Part shown: positions 48,328 through 64,000 of the stretch, one piece after another | Layout of the letters: each line of letters opens with the position of its first letter | Numbering within the stretch: the stretch's first letter is position 1 | Origin: the human T2T-CHM13v2.0 reference genome, Homo sapiens | Assembly: GCF_009914755.1 (NCBI RefSeq) | Contig: NC_060947.1 | Length of the DNA: 64,000 nucleotides | Strand: one strand, 5' to 3' | Notes under the pieces: generated by a model | The model's database searches: none | The model's input: only the letters and a program-made list of their open reading frames with translations | Told to the model about the DNA's origin: nothing | Position numbers and translations under genes: made by a program

Positions 48328-49011
48328 CTAAAGAAAATAGCCTTGTTTCTAATAGTAGTAGTAAAGGCATAATTTCATATGGCCATTTACATTTAGGGAT
48401 TTAAAATATAGTCTCTTGATGCAAACAGTAAATAAATACATTTTCCCAAGGCTCTGGTAATAAAATTAGGCAATGGGGATCATTTCTAGCACTAAGTGTA
48501 GTGCGTGTTTTTCTTGGCTCTTTAACTAGAAACCTGCATTTTATTTTAAGGTCTCACATGAAATAGAAGCACATGTGGTACATGAAATTTCTCTTGGATG
48601 ATATATTAAAAGACGTATTAAATTGATAGCATCTCTTGAAGTCAAATAATAAAGGAGGGGGTAAGTAGAATTTTTCATAATACTTTTTAAGTTTCAATTT
48701 CTGAAATATTTAAAGATAAAGACCTTTTCTTATATACAAAATTATTCACAAACAACATTGTTATACTATTATTTCTTCCGAATTGTAGACTGTGTTCCAT
48801 AAGGGAATATTGACTTTTAGTTTCTTATGAAATCTCACTCTGGTATCAGAGATCATACCACAGGGGTCATACTTATTTTTATGATTTAAACTGTCAGTCA
48901 AATGTAACAATTTTCAATTATCTAATATTTTAACCTTCAACTTTGATCACAAACTATACATTATATGCAGGATATAAAAAGTATATTTTATTCATAAAAA
49001 ATGTGAACACT

Positions 49012-49342
<331 letters not shown>

Positions 49343-49774
49343 CTATTTTCTATCAAAACAAAGAGCCTGTAAACAATATCAAATTGCCAATCTAGATTGG
49401 TCAATGTAGTCATTGAACCGAAAGTTTCAGATGGATCTTTTATATTTCATTCTACTCTAATGAACCTAAAAGCATACAGTCCAAAACAGTAAATTGATTA
49501 TTTTGATAAAGAAACAATATTGGTTAATGTCTTCAATAGAGAATCAGAATGGGAAAATGCATTATTTTTTCTTACATTTAAATATCAATTTTAAGAGATA
49601 TAAATTGACCTAAAATTTTCTTCTAGAATGACCATTCTGGCTTTGTCCTTATTGAGCTATAATCTTTGTCTCTGGAGTCATTACTCCCTATTTATAATCA
49701 TATTTCAGGCTCTGCTACCAAAGCAGTGCTTATGAGGGAACATATAAAAACTTATTGTTACATTGCTTATTAGT

Positions 49775-49890
49775 TCAACATTCATTCATTCATTCAAGGA
49801 ACATTTATTGAGTGACTACTCTGTGCTATACACAGAAGAGGTGCAATTAACCAAAGAGACCATTGTATCTGTTTTCATGGAACTTTGCTT
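49775..49890 (-). mobile_element. L2 3' end fragment
   Basis: (cattc/attc)n followed by 'acatttattgagtgactactctgtgc'. Confidence 0.65.
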
Positions 49891-49955
49891 TTGGTTTCAG
49901 GTTTCCCTTGTGCTATACTCACAATAACTAGATATATGCACTTTCCCTCCCAGGC

Positions 49956-50002
<47 letters not shown>

Positions 50003-50079
50003 GTCTATCTTTCATCTATCTAATCTATCTATCTGTATATCTATGTTAGTATATTGATAAATAAGTATATATATACATA

Positions 50080-50120
<41 letters not shown>

Positions 50121-50140
50121 CAGCAGGTGTATTCACCTCC
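49956..50140. repeat. (TCTA)n tetranucleotide plus (TA/TG)n microsatellites
   Basis: About 11 perfect TCTA units from 49956; (TA)n at ~50086-50140. Confidence 0.95.
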
Positions 50141-50159
50141 TAATCCCAATAACATATCT

Positions 50160-50820
50160 GAATATACTTTTGGATATTCTATGTACAAAAGAATACCATA
50201 GTTAGATAATACTTTCATTTGTTTCTTTCAAAATATAATCCTTTTTATGTCTTTATTCTTGCCTTATCATAATGGGTTGGGTCTCCAGCACAATATTAGA
50301 TAAAAGTGAGAGTAATGAGCATCTTTGTGTCATTCTAGATGTCAGTGGAAAATAATTCATCATTTCACTATTAAGTGTGATGTTTGCTGTAGGATAATTG
50401 TAGATACGTCTTACTAAGTTGAAGATTTTTTTTCTAGTCCAAATCAGTTTTTATTTAAAAAGGATGCAACAATTTATCAAATCTTTTCTGCATATGTTAA
50501 ATTTATTACATTGTTTTTCTATTTGTTTTGACAATGTGGTAAAATATGTAGAGTGATTTTCAATTGTTAAATCAACTTTTCTATTTTGGGAATAAACTAA
50601 AATTAACTTTAATATATTACCCTTTTTCTATATTGTTCACTTTATTTTCATAAGATTCTAATGATGAGTTTTGCATTGAAATTCATGAGTGAGATTATCC
50701 TATGATAAGATTGCCATTATTTTTTATTTCAATGTTTAGTACATGCATCTATTAAAGCAATCTTGGCCTCAAGTTATTTTTAGAAGGGTTCTTAAATTAC
50801 TAATTTAATGTCTTTAAAAG
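50160..50820 (-). mobile_element. Ancient L1M ORF2 fragment
   Basis: 'ctccagcacaatatta...gagcatctttgt', 'tttcactattaagtgtgatgtttgctgtagg'. Confidence 0.7.
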
Positions 50821-50829
50821 TATGCAACT

Positions 50830-53800
50830 AACCACAATTTATACACACACACACAAAAAAAAACAGAAAATAACAAAATGGCAGGATTAAGTGCTTAATA
50901 ATCAATAATTACATTAAATTTAAATAGACTAAACTCTCCAATAAAAAAAGCATAGGGTGGCTTCATGGATAAAAACAAAAAAGACCTGTTTGGAAAAAAA
51001 AAAAATTGGCAGATGGGAGGCAGGACTAGCCTGCAGGTCCCACTTGGATAGACAGAACAGTGTGTGGAGACCCACATCATAAACTTTTGCTTCAAGAACT
51101 ACTGCGGAAACATACCAGGATAGACGAGAAAATCCAGAGACCCTTTGAAGGAAGAGGTTTGCTGCTGCAGTCTCTGTGAGACAGCCAAAAAACTGTGAGT
51201 GCCCAAAGTGTGAAAGGAGAAATGCACACCCCTGAAAACACATTGTCCCTGGGGAACATGAAGGTCTAGATTACATAAGAAGGATTTGACCTTACCTGAA
51301 GCCGAGACAAATTTAGCAAGCTGAGAGAAATATAGAGATAGAGGAAGCAACAGGAAGAACACTGTGGGCACTCTCGGTCCCCAGGAAAGCCATTTCTGAC
51401 TTTGTCTCACAGGGGTCCTTGTGGAGGACTGCCAGTGGAATTGGAGAAAGATCACAGGGAAAATAAAACTTCCAGCTGAACTTTGTTACAATTGTGACCA
51501 AAAGTGAAGTTTTCTAAACACAATTTGGTAGAGGGGGCGACCTTGGAATTCAGATATCAGCACAGAAGTGGTGGCAGACAGTGAGGTGGGAAACCTGAAA
51601 GACCTGCTTGCTTTCTCACCTGGGAGGGTTGTAGCCTGGGGCAAGTTCTCATACCTGCTCCCTGGCTGCCTGGAAGTAAACTCAGTGCTGTTGTGGGGGC
51701 ATGATGAGGGTGAGACTGGCCTTTACAGTTCCATAAAAGCTGTGTGAGGCCTGTCACTGCCAGCTTTCCCCCACTTCCCTGGAAACCTGTATGAAGCAGC
51801 AGAGGCAGCCATAATTCCCCTGGGAACATAACTCCATTGGCCTAAAGCCACACCCCTATCCCCCACAGCAGCTGCAGCAAACCCCACTTGAGGAGAGGCT
51901 CAGCTCAGACATGCCTAACCCTGCCCTACCTGATGGTCTTTCTCTACTCACCCTGGTAGCCAAAGACAAAAGACATAATCTCTTGGGAGCTCTATGGCCC
52001 TGCCCAATGCCTGTGAAACCTGAACACTTATCCAGGAGACCCTAGGGCAAGCTTGTATCTTCTCTATACTACCACAGCTGATGCTCTTTTGAATGCAACC
52101 ATATTCTGGCTGGAAGCCAACCAACACAAAACCAGCACACTAAAAGAAAATACAATCAAAGACTCTGTTACAGAGTTCACTTCACTTCCCTGCCACCTCC
52201 ATCAGAGCCAGTGCTGGTATCCATGGCTGAGAGACCTGGAGATAAATCACCTCACAGGACTCTTTGCAGACACTTCCCAGTACCAGCCCAGAGCATGGTG
52301 CCTCTGCTGTGGGGTGGGTGAGATCTAGAAGAGAAATAGCAATCACTGCACTTTGGCTCTCAGGAAGCCCCCTCCCTAGAGGAAGGGGAGATCACCACAT
52401 CAAGGGAGCACCCCATGGGACAAAATAATCTGAACAGCAGCTCTTGAGCCCCAGATCTTTCCTCTGACATGTCTACCAAAATGAAAAGAAACCAGGAAAA
52501 CAAATCTGGTAATGTGACAAAATGAGGTTCTTTAACACCCTCAAAGGATCACAATAGCTCACAAGCAATGAATCCAAACCAAGAAGAAAGCTCTGAATTG
52601 CCAGATAGAGAATTCAGAAGGTCAATTATTATTAGGCTGCTCAAGGAGGCACCAGAGAAAGGTGAATACCAACTTAAAAAATAAAATAAAAAAATTACAG
52701 AATATGGATGGAAAAATCTCCAGAGAAATACATAGCATAAATTAAAAAAAAAGTCACAACTAGAAATGATGAACACACTTAGAGAAATGCAAAATACACT
52801 GGAAAGTCTCAAGAATAATTGGTGTTCCCGAGGAAGAAGAGAAATCTGAAAGTTTGGAAACCATATTTGAGGAAATAATTGAGGTAAACTTCCCTGGTCT
52901 TTCTAGAGATCTAGATATCCAAATACAAGAAGCTCAAAGAATAACTGGGAAATTTATTGCAAAAAGATCATTGCCTAGGCACATAATCATGAGGTTATCT
53001 AAAGTCAAAACAATGGAAAGAATCTCAAGAGCTGTGAGACAAAGGCATCAAGTGACCCATAATTGAAAACCTATCAGATTAACAGAAGATTTTTTAGCAG
53101 AGACCCTACAGGCTAGAAAAAATTAAATTCTATCTTTAGCCATCTTAAGCAAAACAATAATCAGCCAAGAATTTTGTATCTAGTGAAACTAAGCTTCATA
53201 CATAAAAGAAAGATACAGTCTCTTTCAGACAAATAAATGCTGAGAGAATTTGCCACTACCAAGCCAGCACTACAAGAATTGCTAAAAAGAGATCTAAATC
53301 TTGAAACAAATCCTCAAAATACATCAAAATCTCACAGGACCTGTAAAACAGTAACATAATGCAGAAAAAAAAGAGAAAAAAAAACACAAGTTATTCAGGC
53401 AACAAATAGCACAATGAATAGAATAGTACCTCACATCTCCAGTACTAACATTGAATTGTAAATGGCCTAAGTGGTCCACTTAAAAGATACAGAATGGCAG
53501 AATGAGTAAGAAATCACCAACCAAGCAACTGCTCTTCAAGAGATTCACTTAACACATAAGGACTCATATAAACTTAAGTTCAAATGGTGGAAAAAATATT
53601 CCATACAAATTAACACCAAAAGTGGGCAAGAGTAGCTAATCTTAAATCGGACAAAACAGTATTTAAATAAACAACCATTGAAAAAAATAAAGAGGGAGAT
53701 AATATGATGATAGAAAAAAACTAGTCCAACAGGAAAATATTATCATTCTAAATATATATTCACCTAACACTGGAGCTCCAAAATTTATAAACAATTACTA

Positions 53801-56800
53801 CTAAACCTGCAAAATGAGATAAATAGAAACACACTAATAGTGTGGGACTTCAACACTCCAGTGACAGAACTAGACAGGTAATAAAGAAAAAAAGTAAATG
53901 AAGAAACAATGGACTTAAGCTGTACCTTATAACAAATTTACTTAAGAAATACTGACAGGACATTGTGCCCAACAACTGCAGAATATACATTCTACTAATC
54001 AGCACATGGAACATTCTCCAAGATAGACCATATGATAGGCCATAAAACAAGTCTAAGTAAATTTAAGAAAACAGAAATTATATCAAGTACTCTCTCAGAT
54101 CACAATGGAACAAAAGTTGAAAATCTACTCCAAAAGGAACCCTCAAAATCATGCAAATACATGAAAATTAAATAACCTGCTCCCAAATAGTTGTTGTCAA
54201 CAATAAAATCTCGATAAAAATTAATAAATTTTTTGAACTGAATGAAAATAGTGACATAACCTATCAAAACCTCTGGGATACAGCCCAAGTAGTGTTAAGA
54301 GGAAAGTTTATCAGATTAAATGCTTACATCAAAAAGTCTGAAGGAGCACAAATAGACAATCTAAGGTCATACCTCAAGGAACTAAGGAAACAAAACCAAA
54401 CCAAACTAACAAACCAAACCTAAACCCAAATGAAAAAAAGAAACAGCAAAAATCAGAACAGAGCTAAATAAAGTTAAAAAAAATATATATAAATAAAACA
54501 AAAATCTGGTTCTTCGAAAAGATATGATAAAATTGATAGACCATTAGTGAGATGAACCAACAAAAGAAGAGAAAGGATCCAAATAAGCTCAATTTGAAAT
54601 GAAATAGGAAATATTAATACTTGACCACAGAAACACAAAAGATTATTCCAGGCTACTATGAACACCTTGATGTGCACAAATTAGAAAACCTAGAGGAGAT
54701 GGAAAAAAATTTAGAAATATACAACCCTCTTAGATTAAACCAGGAAGAAATAGAAACTCCGAACAGACCAATAACAAGCAGTGAGACTGAACTGGTTATT
54801 AAAAAATTTGCCAACAGAAAAAGTCCAGGACCAGATGGATTCACAGCTCAATTTTATCAGACATTCAAAAGAGAATTGGTTACAATTACATTGACACTAT
54901 TTCAAAAGATATATAGAGAGGGAATCCTCCCTAAGTCATTCTATGAAGCCAGTGTCACCCTAATACCAAAACCAGGGAAGAACATAACAACAACAACAAG
55001 AAACAAACTACAGGCCATTGTCTTTGGTGAACATAGATGCAAAAATTCTCAACAAAATAATAGATATCCAACAGTATATCAAAAAAATAATCCACCATGA
55101 TAAATGTGTTTCATGTCGGGGATGCAGGGATGGTTTAACATTCACAAGTCAGTAAATGTGATACACTACATAAACAGAATTAAAAACAAAAACTACATTA
55201 TCATCTCAAAATTTGCAGAAAAAGCATTTGACAAATCCCAGCATGCCTTTATAATTAAAACCCTCAGCAAAATCAGCATAGAAGCGACATACCTTAAGGT
55301 AATAAAAGACATCTATGACAAACCCACAGCCAACATGACACTGAACTGATGTAAGTTGAAAGCATTCTCCCTAAGAAATGGAACAAGACAAGAATGCTCA
55401 CTTTCACCACTTCTATTAAACACAGATCTGGAAGTCCAAGCCAGTGCAATCAGCAAGGGAAAGAAATAAAGGGCATCAAATCAGTAAAGAGGAAGTCAAA
55501 CTGTAGCTGTTCACTGATGATATGATTGTATACCTAGAAAACCTTAAAGACTCATTCAAAGAACGTCTAGCTCTGATAAATTAATTCAGTAAAGTCTCAG
55601 GATACAAAATCAATGTACACAAATCAGTAGCACTGCTATGCACCTACAGCAACCAAGCTGAGAATCAAATCAATAACTCAATCCTTTTACAATATCTGCA
55701 AAAAACAAAACAAAACAAAACAAGTAAAACCTTAGGAATAGACCTAACCAAGGAGGTGAAAGTCCTCTACAAGGATAACCACAAAACACTGCTGAAAGAA
55801 TTTGTAGACTACACAAACAAATGGGAATACCAATGATCATGGATAGGTAGAAACAATATTGTGAAAATGACTATAGTGCCAAAAGCAATCTACAGATTAA
55901 ATGCAATTTTCATCAAAATACCGCTATCATTTTTCACAGAACTAGAAAATGCAATCCTAAAATTTATATGGAATAAAGAAAAGAGCCTGCATAGGCAAAG
56001 CAAAACTTAGAAAAAAAATCTGGAGGCATCACATCACCAGACTTCAAACTATACTATAAGGCTATAGCCACCAGAACAATATGGTACTGGTGTAAAAATA
56101 AGCATACAGATCAATAAAACAGAAGAGATAACCCACAAATAAAGCCAAATACTTACAGACAACTGATCTTCGACAAAACAGGAAAAGGACACCCTATTCA
56201 ACAAATGGTGCTGGGATATTTGGCAAGCCACACACAGAAGAATTAAACTAGATTCTCATCTATCACTTTATACAAAAATCAACTCAAGATGGACCAAAGA
56301 TTTAAATTTAAGACGTGAAACCATAACAATTCTAGAAGACAATATCAGAAATACTCTTCTAGACACTGCCTTAGGCAAAACTTTATGATCAAGGACCCAG
56401 AAGCAAATGCAACAAAAACAAAGATATACAGATGGGACTTAATTAAACTAAAAAGCTTCTGCACAGCCAAACAATCAGCAGAGTAAACAGACAACCCATA
56501 GAGTGGGAGAAAATCCTCACAAACTATGCATCTGACAAAGGACCATTATCTAGAATCTACAAGAAACTCAAATCAGCAAGAAAAATGCAAACAATCCCAT
56601 CAAAAAAGTGGGCTATGGACATGAGTGCAAAAGTTTCAAAAGAAGATATACAAATGGCCAAAAACAGTATGAAAAAAATGCTCAACGTTACTAATTATCA
56701 GGGAAATGCAAATCAAAACTGCAATGCAATACCACGTTATTCCTGCAAGAATGGCAATAATAAAAAATAATAATAATTAACGTTGGCGTGGATGTAGTGA

Positions 56801-59577
56801 AAAGGGAACACTTTTACACTGCTGATGGGAATGTAAACTAGTACGAACACTATATATATAGTATGAAGATTCCTTAAAGAATTTAAAGTAGATCCACCAT
56901 TTGATTCAGCAATCCCACTACTGGGTGTCTACTTAGAGGAAAAGAACTCATTATACAAAAAAGATACTTGTATACACATATTTATAGCAGCACAATTCGC
57001 AATTGCAAAAATATGGATTCAGCCCTAATGCCCATTAATTAACAAGTGCATACTGAAAATGTGAGATATATGTGTGTGTGTATATAGATATATATACACC
57101 ATGGAATACTACTCAGCCATAAAAAGGGAACAAAATAATGGCATTTGCAGCCACCTGGATGGAATTTGAGATTATTATTCTAAGTAAAGTAACTTAGGAC
57201 AGAAAACCAAATATTTTATGCTCTCATACATAAGTGGGATCTAAGCTATGAGGATGCAAATCCATAAGAATGATACAATGGACTTTGGTGACTCTGGGGA
57301 AAGGGTGGGAGGGGTTGAATGATAAAAGACTACCCATTGGGTAGAGTGTACACTGCTCGGGTGATGGGTGAACCAAAATCTGAGAAATCACCACTGAAGA
57401 TCTTATCCTTGTAACCAAACAACACCTGTTCCCCAAAAACCTTTTGAAATAAAAAATAATAATAAATAAAAGAAGAAGAAATAAAAAACAAAACCTAATC
57501 ATCTTTTACCCACAAGAAACACATTTTATATATAAAGATACACAGACAGTGAAAACAAATGCATTGAGTAGGATATTCCATGTCAATGGAAATAAAAAAC
57601 AGAGCAGGAGTAGCGATATTAATATCAGACAAACTAGATTTCAAGACAAAAACTATAACTAGAGACAAAGTTTACTATATAATAATAAAGGGGTTAATTT
57701 AGCAAGAAGATATAACAATTTTAAATATATATGCACCAAACATTGGCACACCCAGATATATAATGTAAACATTATGAGAACTAAACAGAGAGACAGATCC
57801 TAATACAATAACAGATGGAGATTTTAACACCCTACTTTCAGCATTTCACAGATTATCCAGATAGAAAATCAACAAAGAAACATTGGTCATAATTTGCACT
57901 ACAGACCAAATGAACGTAGTAGATATTTACAAAACATATTATTCAATAGCGGAATAATACATTCTTTTCCTCAACATATAAATTATTCTCAAGTCTAGAC
58001 AATGTGTTAGACCATAAAATAAGTCTTAAAAAATCCAAATATATCAAAATTAAATCAAGTGTCTTATTCAACCACAATGGAAGAAAACTAGAAATCACTA
58101 ATGAGAGGGATTTTGGAACCTACAAACTACATGATAAACAATATGCTTCTGAATGACCAGTGGGTAAATGAAGTAATTAAGAAGGCAATTTTAAAAATTC
58201 TTGCAACACATAAAAATGAAAACAAAACATATCAAGACATGTAAGATATGGTGAAGGAAGTACTAAGAGAGAAGTGCAGTTGTAATTGGCCAAATAAAAA
58301 AAGTCTTCAAATAAATGAACTAATAAAGAATCTGAAACAACTAGAAAAGCAAGGGCAAACCAAGCACAAAATTAGTAGAATAGAAAAATAATAAAAAAAT
58401 TAGAGCAGAAATAAATGAAATTGAAACAAAAAACCCAAAAGATCATCAAAATAACTAACTGTTCTTTTAAAAGATAAAAAGAAATTTGACAATTATTTAG
58501 CTAGACTAAGAAAAACAAAAGGGAAGACCCAAATTAGTAAAATCCAAGATAAAAAATGAGACATGACAACTCATGTTGCAGAAATTACAAATACTATTAG
58601 AGGCTACTGTGAGTAACTGCAGGCCAACAAATTGGAAAGCTTAGAATAAATGGATACATTTTCTAGATACATACAACCTACCAACATTGAACAATAAGGA
58701 AATCTAAAATCTGAATAGACGAATAACAAGTAATATAATCAAAGCCATAATAAATTTTTCTCAGCAAAGAAAAGCCTGGGACCTGATGGCTTCCCTCATC
58801 CATCTTATCAAACATTTAAAAAAATAGTACAATCTTAATTCAAACGATTCCAAAACATCAAAAAGAACAGAATACTTCCAAACTCATTCTGTAAGGCCAG
58901 TGTTATTCTGATACTGAAACCAGACAAAAACATATCAAAAAAGAAAGTTACAGGCCAATGATTCTGATGAACATTGATGTAAAAATCGTAAACAAAATAC
59001 TTGCAAACCAAATTCAACAACCAATTCAAATAATTATTTATTATGACAAAGTAGGATTTATTTCACAGATGCAAAGATGTTTCAACTATGCAAACTAATC
59101 AATGTGATACATAATATCAACAAAACGAAGGGCAAAATCCACATAATCCTTTTCACTGATCCTGAAATAGTGTTTAATAAAATTCAACCTCCTTTAATGA
59201 TAAAAAATTCTCAAACAACAGGGCATGGAAAAAATATGTCTTCAAACAATAAAAGCCATATATGACAAGCCCATGTTTAGTATCATAATGAATGGGAAAT
59301 ATTGAAAGTGTTTCCTTTAAGATATGGAACAAGACCAGGATGATCGCTTTTGCTACTGTTACTCAAGAGAATACTGGAAGTTCTAGATAGAGTAAGCAGA
59401 CAAGAGAAAGAAATGAAGGGCATTCAAATTGAGAGAAGTCAAATTATCATTGTTTGCAGATGATATAACCTTGTTTGAAAAAAATTTAAGACTCCACCAA
59501 AAATTTATTAGAACTGATAGACAAATTTAGTGAAGTTGCAGGATACAACTCAGTACATAAAAATAAGTAGCATTTCT
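50830..59577 (+). mobile_element. L1MA-like ORF2 host (pieces 50830-50987 and 57481-59577)
   Basis: ORF2 start 'aacaaaatggcagga'; endonuclease region resumes after the L1PB insert and runs to the RT region. Confidence 0.8.
50990..57480 (+). mobile_element. Near full-length L1PB1-like element, defective
   Basis: L1PBa-type 5'UTR 'ggcagatgggaggcaggactag'; ORF1 has a deletion near 52812; PB1 3'UTR 'gctatgaggatgcaaa...cacctgttccccaaaaacc'; degenerate TSD ataaaaa-caaaa..cct. Confidence 0.9.

Positions 59578-64000
<4,423 letters not shown>

Overview
AT-rich primate (human or great-ape) genomic DNA, roughly three-quarters interspersed repeats. No intact protein-coding, rRNA or tRNA gene is supported; nearly all ORF-track entries are L1, Alu or HERV-L fragments or chance ORFs. 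The main contents are nested LINE-1s of many ages (L1M/L1MA, L1PB, old L1PA, L1PA7, L1PA4, L1PA2/3), many with readable target-site duplications (TSDs), a two-LTR HERV-L/MLT2A1 provirus (16185-25732, minus), five Alus, MaLR/MER LTRs, MIR/L2 and DNA-transposon relics. The most interesting signal lies in the small non-repeat islands between these insertions. They hold a chain of short minus-strand AG...GT-bounded segments with mutually compatible reading phases that join into a coiled-coil-like peptide interrupted by stop codons. This is a candidate fossil (unitary pseudogene-like) multi-exon gene, inflated by transposon insertions. It is an inference from manual reading and needs comparative alignment. 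Subfamily names are from remembered consensus sequences and are approximate.
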